From assembly GCF_000195855.1 (NCBI RefSeq), contig NC_002677.1, forward strand, positions 2,610,001 to 2,642,000: a stretch of DNA of 32,000 nucleotides. Direction: 5' to 3'. This document shows positions 1 through 7,873 of this stretch, in pieces. Below the pieces are notes generated by a model, which worked only from the letters and a program-made list of their open reading frames with translations, did not search any database and was not told the DNA's origin. The translations under genes and the position numbers were made by a program. Each line of letters begins with the position of its first letter. Position 1 is the stretch's first letter. Source of the DNA: Mycobacterium leprae TN. GTDB lineage: Bacteria > Actinomycetota > Actinomycetes > Mycobacteriales > Mycobacteriaceae.

Positions 1-3
1 AAT

Positions 4-816
4 ATGCGTATGCGCAAGGTGCTAACCAGTGTGATCGCAACGGTGGTCACCATGGCTGTGCTCGTTGTCGGTGTCCTCGGCATCGATTACGGAACCAGCA
101 TCTACGCCGAATACCTCCTGTCAGTGAACGTGCGCAACGCAGCAAATCTCGGGTCGGACCCATTTGTCGCCATACTGGCGTTCCCGTTCATCCCGCAGGC
201 GATGCGGGACCACTACACCGAGTTGGAAATCAAGGCCAACGCAGTCGACCACGCCATGGTCGGCAAGGCCTCCCTCGAAGCCACCATGTACTCGATCGAC
301 CTGACCTACGCGTCCTGGCTGATCAAGCCCGATGCGAAGCTCCCAGTAGACAGGCTAGAGAGTCGCATCATCATCGATTCGATGCACCTGGGCCAGTATC
401 TAGGCATCAGCGACCTCATGGTCGAGGCACCACACCGGGAAACCAACAACGCCACCGGCGGTACCACCGAGTCTGGGATCTCCAGCGGCCATGGGCTGGT
501 ACTTAGCGGCACACCGAAATCGGCCAACTTCGACCACCGGGTCAGCGTCTTGGTGGACCTCTCCATCGCCCCTGAAGATCAGGCTACGCTGGTGTTTACC
601 CCTACAGGCATTGCGACCGGACCCGACACCGCCAACCAACCCGTTCCGGATGACAAACGAAACCCCGTACTACGTGCCTTCAGCGCCAGGATGTCCGACC
701 AGCGGCTTCCATTCGGGGTAGCACCGACCAGCGAGGGAGCGCGTGGCTCGGATGTGATCATCGAAGGCATCACACAGGGAGTAACAATCACCCTCGACGG
801 GTTTAAGCAATCATGA
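4..816 (+). CDS. Exported/envelope protein of the DUF2993 (LmeA-like) type, Rv0817c-like
   Basis: This is a 270-aa ORF with an N-terminal hydrophobic anchor (VLTSVIATVVTMAVLVVGVLGI). Its length and its position directly upstream of thiX match my recollection of Rv0817c. The stop TGA (814-816) overlaps the next ATG (813-815). Confidence 0.7.
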   Translation: MRMRKVLTSVIATVVTMAVLVVGVLGIDYGTSIYAEYLLSVNVRNAANLGSDPFVAILAFPFIPQAMRDHYTELEIKANAVDHAMVGKASLEATMYSIDLTYASWLIKPDAKLPVDRLESRIIIDSMHLGQYLGISDLMVEAPHRETNNATGGTTESGISSGHGLVLSGTPKSANFDHRVSVLVDLSIAPEDQATLVFTPTGIATGPDTANQPVPDDKRNPVLRAFSARMSDQRLPFGVAPTSEGARGSDVIIEGITQGVTITLDGFKQS

Positions 817-908
817 TGCGTGCCAGCGACGATGCAGAGCAAAGCGATGACGATGACGTGGGGGCACGTCCTCTACAAGTGGGTGGAAACACCGGGAGAG
901 CAACACTC
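813..908 (+). repeat. MIRU-like intercistronic repeat unit, copy C (96 bp, in frame with thiX)
   Basis: It shares the core GCGACGATGCAGAGCAAAGCGATGA...GTGGGGG...ACAAGTGGG...GGGAGAGC with the copies at 3356 and 7793. It is bounded by the direct repeat TCATGATG (811-818 and 907-914). Confidence 0.7.
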
Positions 909-1331
909 ATGATGACCGCGATTGTAGCGACAATAACGGTGGGCATGCTGACAGCCTTTACCGGACGGTGGCTGACTCGACACTCAGGAAACGTTCACGA
1001 AATTTGTTCCGGGCCGGGCCAAGGCACTGGCACAGACACCGCTGACCTCGGCTTGTCGCGTACTGGGCCAACCATCGTACATTTCAGCGCGCCGTGGTGC
1101 GGACCGTGCGACCGGGTCCGTCGCGTGGTTTATCAAGTCTGCAAAGACCTGCCCGACGTAGCCCATATCGAGATCGATTTGGACACTAACCCTGCGGCTG
1201 TGCGCCGATTTTCGGTGCTTTCGCTGCCCACCACATTGATTTTCGATACCGACGGACAGCAACGATACCGGACGTCGGGAGTCCCCAAGGCCTTTGATCT
1301 GCTATCCACACTCGAACCATTGTTGGCTTAA
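909..1331 (+). CDS. thiX: Membrane-anchored thioredoxin-like protein ThiX
   Basis: It carries the WCGPC active-site motif (FSAPWCGPCDR) and an N-terminal TM segment (MMTAIVATITVGMLTAF). Starting at ATG 909 gives 140 aa, as remembered for Rv0816c. The ORF is also open from ATG 813 through the repeat. Confidence 0.85.
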   Translation: MMTAIVATITVGMLTAFTGRWLTRHSGNVHEICSGPGQGTGTDTADLGLSRTGPTIVHFSAPWCGPCDRVRRVVYQVCKDLPDVAHIEIDLDTNPAAVRRFSVLSLPTTLIFDTDGQQRYRTSGVPKAFDLLSTLEPLLA

Positions 1332-1543
1332 TTAGCGTGTCATTGGGTAAGCTGGCTAACGTGTCAACCTGCCTCGAGCCCAGGCTCACCAAGCGTTGCG
1401 CAGTCCATCTGTGCCAAATCACGGGTTGTTCCTGTAGCTGCTGAAGTAGCCAAGCTCTTTCGCGCCGCACTCGGAGCCTACCGTGGCCTGTCTCCCACTT
1501 TGTCCGTGCAACACGTGCAACAGGAGTACCTAGGAGTAGAACA

Positions 1544-2029
1544 GTGACGATCAATAACACCACCACCGGAGTAGAGGTCGTCGATGTTCGCGGACCACGA
1601 TTTGCTGCATGGGTTACGGCCGCAGTTCTGCAGACCGTCCTGATCATTTCGGTGGTCAGTCCGCTGGCGGCCGCGTTACTGTTGGTCCTGCAGGCCGTAG
1701 TTTTTGCCACGGGCACTCTCGGCGGCCCGCGCCGGCACCCATACGGACGGGTGTTCGCCGCCCTCGTGGCGCCTCGGCTGGGTCCGGTGAAAGAGCGCGA
1801 ACCGGTGCCACCGTTAAAGTTCGCCCAACTGCTCGGCTTCGTCTTCGTGGTTTGCGGTGTTACCGGATTCGCCGCCGGCGCTTTCTTGGTGGGAGTCATC
1901 GCTACGGCAGCTGCATTAGTGGCCGCTTTCCTCAACGCAGCGTTCGGCATCTGTCTGGGCTGTCAGCTCTACCCGGTTGTGGTGTGGTTTCGACGCACTG
2001 CCGCTCCACGTAACCGTAACCCTGGTTGA
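1544..2029 (+). CDS. DUF4395-family polytopic membrane protein with C-terminal CLGC motif
   Basis: This is a 161-aa ORF with a GTG start preceded by AGGAG (1532-1536). It has several hydrophobic segments and the typical family ending AAFGICLGCQLYP. Confidence 0.75.
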   Translation: MTINNTTTGVEVVDVRGPRFAAWVTAAVLQTVLIISVVSPLAAALLLVLQAVVFATGTLGGPRRHPYGRVFAALVAPRLGPVKEREPVPPLKFAQLLGFVFVVCGVTGFAAGAFLVGVIATAAALVAAFLNAAFGICLGCQLYPVVVWFRRTAAPRNRNPG

Positions 2030-2060
2030 CCACCCCAAGGTAAGTGAAAGGACTCTAACC

Positions 2061-2894
2061 ATGGCACGCTCTGATGTCCTGGTCTCTGCCGACTGGGCCG
2101 AGAGCAACCTCGACAGCGCGAACATCGTCTTCGTCGAAGTGGACGAGGACACAAGCACCTACGACGGCGATCACATCGCCGGCGCCATCAAGTTGGATTG
2201 GCGTGCGGATTTGCAAGACCCGATCAAGCGCGACTTCATCGACACCCAGCAATTCTCCAAATTGTTGGGTGACCGAGGCATTTCCAATGACAACACCGTG
2301 ATTCTGTACGGCGGCAACAACAACTGGTTCGCAGCCTATGCGTATTGGTATTTCAAGCTGTACAGGCATGACAAAGTCAAATTGCTTGACGGTGGCCGCA
2401 AGAAGTGGGAGCTCGACGGTCGCCCGCTGTCCACCGACACCGTCACCAGGCCGGCGACCTCCTACGCTGCTGCAGCACCGGACAACACTATCCGGGCCTT
2501 TCGGGACGAGGTCATAGCATCCATCAAGATCAAAAATCTCGTCGACGTACGTTCCCCCGACGAATTCTCCGGAAAGCTCCTGGCACCTGCGCACCTACCT
2601 CAGGAGCAGAGCCAGCGACCCGGCCACATCCCCAGTGCGATAAACATACCTTGGAGCAAGGCGGCCAATGAGGACGGCACCTTCAAATCCGACGAGCAGT
2701 TAGCCAAGCTGTATGCCGACGCCGGCCTGGATAGGTTGAAAGAGACAATCGTCTACTGCCGAATCGGTGAACGATCATCACACACCTGGTTCGTGCTGCG
2801 CGAGTTACTCGGATATCAAAACGTCAAGAACTACGACGGCAGTTGGACAGAATACGGCTCCCTGGTGGGTGTCCCAATCGAATTGGGAAGCTGA
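2061..2894 (+). CDS. cysA: Thiosulfate sulfurtransferase (tandem rhodanese domains)
   Basis: Starting at ATG 2061 gives 277 aa. The protein begins MARSDVLVSADWAESNL and carries the active-site loop VYCRIGERSSHTW. It is near-identical in pattern to remembered CysA2/CysA3. Confidence 0.92.
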   Translation: MARSDVLVSADWAESNLDSANIVFVEVDEDTSTYDGDHIAGAIKLDWRADLQDPIKRDFIDTQQFSKLLGDRGISNDNTVILYGGNNNWFAAYAYWYFKLYRHDKVKLLDGGRKKWELDGRPLSTDTVTRPATSYAAAAPDNTIRAFRDEVIASIKIKNLVDVRSPDEFSGKLLAPAHLPQEQSQRPGHIPSAINIPWSKAANEDGTFKSDEQLAKLYADAGLDRLKETIVYCRIGERSSHTWFVLRELLGYQNVKNYDGSWTEYGSLVGVPIELGS

Positions 2895-2895
2895 C

Positions 2896-3198
2896 ATGTG
2901 CTCTGAGCCTAAACAAAGACTGGCGTTGCCCGCCAACGTGAACCTCGAGAAAGAAACGGTGATCACCGGTCGCGTGGTCGATCGCAAAGGGCAAGCCGTG
3001 GGTGGGGCGTTCGTCCGCCTGCTGGATTCGTCCAACGAGTTCACGGCCGAAGTGGTCACCTCGGCCACCGGTGACTTCCGGTTTTTCGCCGCGCCGGGGT
3101 CCTGGACACTGCGCGCGCTGTCTTCAGTAGGTAATGGCGACGCCATGATGTCACCTTCGGGAACAGGCATCCACAAGGTCGACGTCAAGATCACCTGA
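2896..3198 (+). CDS. sseC: SseC-like DUF1416 protein
   Basis: This is a 100-aa ORF starting 1 nt after the cysA stop. The run MCSEPKQ...TGRVVDRKGQAVGGAFVRLLDSS...GDFRFFAAPGSWTLRAL matches the remembered SseC. Confidence 0.88.
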   Translation: MCSEPKQRLALPANVNLEKETVITGRVVDRKGQAVGGAFVRLLDSSNEFTAEVVTSATGDFRFFAAPGSWTLRALSSVGNGDAMMSPSGTGIHKVDVKIT

Positions 3199-3260
3199 CC
3201 AGCCCAACAGACCTGCCCCGGAAACCACCATCGACCAATAAGACGAATAGAATCGTCCCC

Positions 3261-3359
3261 GTGGTACTCTTTTTCGAGATCATGCTGGTTGTGGCAGTGG
3301 TGGTCATCTCATGGTTCACGCTTTATACGCTGTACCGGCTCGTCACTGACGAGTCGTGA
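3261..3359 (+). CDS. Candidate 32-aa hydrophobic peptide (single TM)
   Basis: A GTG start gives VVLFFEIMLVVAVVVISWFTLYTLYRLVTDES. Its TGA (3357-3359) overlaps the GTG (3356-3358) that opens the MIRU mini-ORF. No clear Shine-Dalgarno sequence is visible. Confidence 0.4.
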   Translation: MVLFFEIMLVVAVVVISWFTLYTLYRLVTDES

Positions 3360-3460
3360 CCCGCGCCGGCGACGATGTAGAACGCAGCGATAAGGTGGTG
3401 GTCGGCCCCCACAAGTGGGAGGTACCTCCACCCGCTTGCGAGGGAGAGCGGTGCACGTGA
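3356..3460 (+). repeat. MIRU-like intercistronic repeat unit, copy A (101 bp start-to-start) with 34-codon mini-ORF
   Basis: The mini-ORF reads GTG ACC CGC GCC GGC GAC GAT GTA GAA CGC AGC GAT AAG GTG G...CCCGCTTGCGAGGGAGAGCGGTGCACGTGA. The encoded peptide is [34 protein letters not shown]. The direct repeat CGTGACC sits at 3355-3361 and 3456-3462. The terminal TGA overlaps the GTG at 3457. Confidence 0.8.
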
Positions 3461-4143
3461 CCTCCGACGAGGTCCGTGACGGAGCGGGCAGTCCGGCGGA
3501 CTCCAGCAAGGGCAACAAGTGTACGGCCGCTGGGATGTTTCAAGCGGCCAAGCGATCTACGGTGAGCGCAGCCCGCAACATCCCGGCTTTCGACGACTTG
3601 CCAGTTCCCTCCGACACCGCGAATCTACGCGAAGGCGCTAACCTCAATAGCACTTTGCTGGCACTGCTACCGCTGGTCGGTGTGTGGCGCGGTGAAGGGG
3701 AGGGTCGTGGACCTAATGGCGACTACCACTTCGGCCAGCAGATCGTGGTCTCGCACGACGGTGGTAACTACCTGAATTGGGAAGCCAGGTCCTGGCGGCT
3801 CAACGACGCTGGCGAATACCAGGAAACTAGCTTACGTGAGACGGGTTTCTGGCGTTTTGTCAGCGATCCATATGATCCTACCGAATCTCAGGCGATCGAA
3901 TTGCTGTTAGCCCATTCGGCTGGTTACGTAGAATTGTTTTACGGGCGGCCACGCAACGCATCATCGTGGGAATTGGTCACTGATGCCCTAGCATGCAGCA
4001 AATCCGGCGTGCTCGTCGGCGGCGCCAAACGGCTTTACGGTATCGTCGAAGGTGGCGACCTCGCCTATGTCGAAGAACGAGTGGATGCCGACGGCGGATT
4101 GGTGCCAAATTTATCGGCGAGACTGTACCGATTCGCCGGATAG
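3457..4143 (+). CDS. Nitrobindin / fatty-acid-binding-protein-like beta-barrel protein (Rv0813c-like, UPF0678)
   Basis: The family pattern [14 protein letters not shown]...[24 protein letters not shown]...ETGFWRF is present. Starting at GTG 3457 gives 228 aa. The ORF is also open from 3415 inside the repeat. Confidence 0.8.
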   Translation: MTSDEVRDGAGSPADSSKGNKCTAAGMFQAAKRSTVSAARNIPAFDDLPVPSDTANLREGANLNSTLLALLPLVGVWRGEGEGRGPNGDYHFGQQIVVSHDGGNYLNWEARSWRLNDAGEYQETSLRETGFWRFVSDPYDPTESQAIELLLAHSAGYVELFYGRPRNASSWELVTDALACSKSGVLVGGAKRLYGIVEGGDLAYVEERVDADGGLVPNLSARLYRFAG

Positions 4144-6764
4144 CGGCCTGGCCAGCTAGGAAGAAGACACCTTCACACGATAACGCTGTGTGTACTGTTC
4201 GACGTCTGAGCAGCCGATAGTCTAGGAAAAGGGGTCGGCCGAATGCTTCACACGAGGACAACTTTCTATCATGGGCCTTTGCCCCCTACTCCGCAATGAG
4301 CGGAGCACGCATTGAACACGAGGACTGGGGTCGCTACTACCGGCACAACAGCTGAAAGTATGGTCCTATCCGCTACAATGCCCCCGAATCCATGACAAGC
4401 TGGTGACTGGATCTTGGTCGGAAAGTTAAGCCGGATCTTGTCGAGGCCGCAGTACACAGTTTGGCAGCTAGCCTGTGGAGCCTGCGCCAACTCAGCTTTC
4501 GGCCACGTTCACTGTGGCAATCCTTCACTCGAGTCGGGACGCTAACCGAATAGCGGCGACAGACACCCCGTGGACCTGGCGATCAAACTCCGTACACACG
4601 ATGCGGACCGACGCCGGAGACTGTACGGTTCAGGACGACGGCAAGATATGGTCAGTGCGCGACGACCTCTTCCGCGACACCTAACTACAAAGTAGGCCAG
4701 CGACAGCCAGTGGTGCCGGAACGAACCCAGTGCAGGCCGGGGAGACCGTCAGGCCACTTACCGCAGCGGACAGAGACTGAGTGGCACGGGGTCCACAACA
4801 ACGAACAATGGTCCGTTCCCAGCGACGAGTGCGCACGTCGCTACGTCGAATTCCTGCCACACGCTAAACCACATTGAGAGGTAATGGATCCAACTCTGTG
4901 ATTAGCTGATGACCTGCTCGCGGAATCGGGCATGGCAATTGCCGAAGCCATTTACTGCGCGGAGTACCATGCCCAGCATCAAATCACGTATTCGCCGTGC
5001 TTGCTGCGCCTTGTTTAGGAGAGTGTTATGGCGCTGTTTATCAGCTACTCGAATTCACGACAGGTCAACAGTGGAGGACCGCACACCACTACTTCGGCGG
5101 AGCCAACAACAGGCTTGGTGCGACCACGAGCTCACCGGTGACGACGTCTTATTCTGATGGAGTATACTCCGCGCGCAGATCCTAATCCAACGACGTGTTC
5201 ATCGTCGCGCTGTCAAGTAATTGGCTACAATACAAGCCCAGTCAGACTGGCTACAATCTACACAAGCTTTGAAGCGGCCACTCTCCCTTCCCGTTCGGAT
5301 TGGTTCGGTTGACAACATGCGCGTGAATCCCCTTACCACGTTGCAGATCATCAACTACGCCAACCCCACCGTTGACGCCGGCATTCAAGATTCAACAAGA
5401 TTCAATTAGTGACCGCGGTGCACGCGCTACGTGCCACCCCCGTGCCGTTACCGGACCAGCTGTCCGACGAGCCGCCGGTGCCTTTTGCTACAAAAACGCG
5501 GTTGGGTAACACTCTGGCGGAAAAAGGACTCAACCCTCAGCAACAGATTTAACTGCTGGTCGAACTCACGATCGGACTTGTCGAGGACGGCTATGACCCC
5601 AGCGTTCGAAGCGATATCGGCCAACTCCTGCGCATACTGCGGTTTCGACACGACGTGACCTATCGCACCCGAACCAAGATCGACCACGTGTTGGCGTCCA
5701 TCGAGTCAGCCGAACTGTCCGATGCCAAGGGACAACCACAGGCCACTCAGACTTCCGACAACAAGCCCACGAGCCCTACGCAGCTTGGCGGGAGCACCCC
5801 GGGTGTTAGCCGACCCGGTGCATCGGCCTCCTCACGTACCGACTGCCAGTGGCAACTGGTACCGCGTCCAACAAGCGGTTGATGACTATCGGCGTCGCGA
5901 GCCTAGCCGCCATCGTTGCAATCATGGTGGTGGTTGTGCTCGTTCACCCAAGCATCGCCCCAAGAGGCCGTCGACGTTCGGTCAGCACATACTACAACAG
6001 CGCCGGCTCCTGGCCGCCTGGAATCGTTTCTTATTCCAACAGACGTCGTCGCCGTTACACAAGCATCGCATCGATGGAAATCATGAACCAGACCCAGTAG
6101 CTGGGCGCAACCGCCGGAACCTTGTCAAACCTGGAGTGCCTCGACGCGTTCGAACCTACCATCTAAGCACGTGTCTATGCTAGCAGCAACAACAAGGCAG
6201 TACGCAGCCAGCAGTTGCACGCTGCGGGACAACACCCTACGGGTCTACGAGGCCGCGGCTTGCTCCGGCCAAACCCCGATGCCGGCCACCGAACAAGGCA
6301 AAGGACTTTCACTGGACGTTCAGTGACCTCACTAGAGACGCCCCTCACAATTACTCAGGTCCACATGCCCGGCAGTCCCACTCGGCCCTCCTGCCAACGC
6401 GTGCTTAATGCGGTGTTCGATGTCGAGACCTGCGCTGTGAATGTTACCAACCAATACAGTCAGACAGCTCAAAAGATGGCCATCAACGTCAAACAATAGC
6501 GCATCTCTCGCCTTACGAATCCATGAAATAAATAGAGCGGTCTCTTAGCGTAACTACTGGTTGGACAAGACCGGAAGCTCGGGGGCGACTGACTGCGGGG
6601 CATTCGCCAGCGCGCCGATGCCAGCTCTTCGCAAGCTAATGCAGCCAGCGCATATATCCATGAAGCTATCAATTTCGCGGGCTACCTAACTTCCTAGCTT
6701 ACGGCCGACCGTACCCGCACACCGGGGTTCTACTCACAAGAGAATTTGACCGCCTAAGCGGTGG

Positions 6765-7638
6765 CTAGACGATAGCGCTGTCGATCAGTTCGACGAATGC
6801 TGCAGCCATCGGTGAGCACGGCAGTCGTCGGCCGTCAAGTGTGTATCCTCAGGCAATCAAGGTCATGCTTGATATCAACCAGATCCCCGTGATTCATGGA
6901 GGTCGGCGATCTGTAACGTTCGATAGTCACAGTCGTACCACTCGGCGCGGACCAGCTCGAAGAGGAGCTGTTTGAGTAGTACGCCGGACGATGGGATACC
7001 ACCCCGGCTTCAGCAGGCAAAAATTACCGTCCGTCCTGCCTGCAACACTCGTGGCTAGCACCACCGTCGAGTGCGGCCTTTCAGGACGTAGTCCATTCGA
7101 GCTGACGAAAATAACGTCACCAGCATACCGTCGAGCGACGTGCGCGCAGAGCAGCCATATTCTGCTGCGTACGACAGTGTTTAGCACTGACCAGCAACCA
7201 AAGCGTTGCGGCGGCGCCAGTGGCGGGCAACCCACGATCCAATGTGACCGCCACCCCCCGGCGCGCCGCAACGCCTCCACCCGCGACCAAACAGAGGGTT
7301 AACCACTACGTAGGTCGTCAGCGCAGAGCCGATCTCCTGGCTGCGTGGCTGTAGATCAATCACAGCGCACCTTCATAAATAAAATAATACAAAATAATAC
7401 AATAGTCACAATCCATCGTTGCGCGGCCACGTCGATCGCATGCCGCCAGTGCGGCAAGTCCAGCTCGGGTAGGTCCATCAAGTGAGCCGCTACAGATGCG
7501 GCTCGACCAGACAAGCCAGGCCGTCGCGGAACATACAGCGTCTCAAAGACGCCCGTAACCGCACACTACGGCGAGTTCGTCGGCGTGCAACAGCAACGTT
7601 CCCGGCGTATGGATCTCGCCGTCCAACGCGACTATCAC
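6765..7638 (-). pseudogene. pabC: Class IV aminotransferase / aminodeoxychorismate lyase pseudogene (Rv0812-like)
   Basis: Minus-strand fragments sit in at least three frames. They include VIVALDGEIHTPGTLLLHADELAVV, FRDGLACLVEPHL, AGDVIFVSSNGLRPERPHSTVVLA, WYDCDYRTLQIADL and YTLDGRRLPCSPMAAAFVELIDSAIV-stop. In-frame stops are present. Total length (874 nt) is close to the functional gene as I remember it. Confidence 0.75.
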
Positions 7639-7792
7639 ACCCGACGTGAAACAAAAATAACATTAATAAAATGAAATAATTAATTTTGGAGTCTAAATGG
7701 CCCGCACCGCGCACGTGCGGCGAACTGCAAGTGCGTCAACCACAACGGGTAGCTAGCCTTCACGCTCGTCGGCCAGCCTGTACATTTGAAGC

Positions 7793-7873
7793 GTGAACCG
7801 CGCCGACGACGATGCAAAGCGAAGCGATGAGGTGGGGGTACTTCCCGCTTGCGGGGGAGAGCGACGCACGTGA
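7793..7873 (+). repeat. MIRU-like repeat unit, copy B (77 bp start-to-start) with 26-codon mini-ORF
   Basis: The sequence is GTGAACCGCGCCGACGACGATGCAAAGCGAAGCGATGAGGTGGGGGTACTTCCCGCTTGCGGGGGAGAGCGACGCACGTGA. The encoded peptide is VNRADDDAKRSDEVGVLPACGGERRT. The direct repeat CGTGAAC sits at 7792-7798 and 7869-7875. It closely resembles the 77-bp MIRU class as I remember it. Confidence 0.8.

Noticed and set aside
860-910. A possible SigH/SigR-type promoter (GGAA-N16-19-GTT) lies in front of thiX, because of the GGAAAC at 886.
   Set aside because: No GTT occurs at the required spacing downstream of the GGAA, so the motif is incomplete.
1186-1950. A 254-aa minus-strand ORF lies opposite the DUF4395 gene. 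Similar long antisense ORFs occur at 2055-2594, 8093-8647, 11513-11902 and 20137-20493.
   Set aside because: These are typical shadow ORFs on the antisense strand of GC-rich genes. They have Arg/Pro/Gly/Thr-rich low-complexity composition and no motifs, and the sense strand carries clearly recognisable proteins.
3356-3460. The conserved roughly 100-nt leader upstream of three genes initially looked like a new riboswitch or cis-regulatory RNA family.
   Set aside because: The sequence core, the 77-101 bp size, the flanking stop/start overlaps and the in-frame mini-ORFs all fit the already described MIRU repeat family better. I could not find a stem shared by all three copies supported by compensatory changes.
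5222-5267. The direct repeat TGGCTACAAT..ACAAGC occurs twice, 26 nt apart.
   Set aside because: It is short and imperfect, sits in decayed DNA and has no associated ORF or structure. It cannot be distinguished from chance or local slippage.
6140-6160. A GTTCGAACC string resembles a tRNA T-loop.
   Set aside because: The flanking bases do not form a T-stem, and no acceptor or anticodon arms can be drawn. No tRNA is present.
7374-7700. AT-rich islands occur at 7374-7406, 7648-7700, 19660-19760, 22370-22450, 25300-25340, 27120-27180 and 31540-31560. I considered them as possible foreign insertions.
   Set aside because: They all fall inside pseudogenes or spacers and are short. Where an orthologue can be aligned (pabC), they replace rather than add sequence. 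This is consistent with AT-biased decay, not horizontal transfer.
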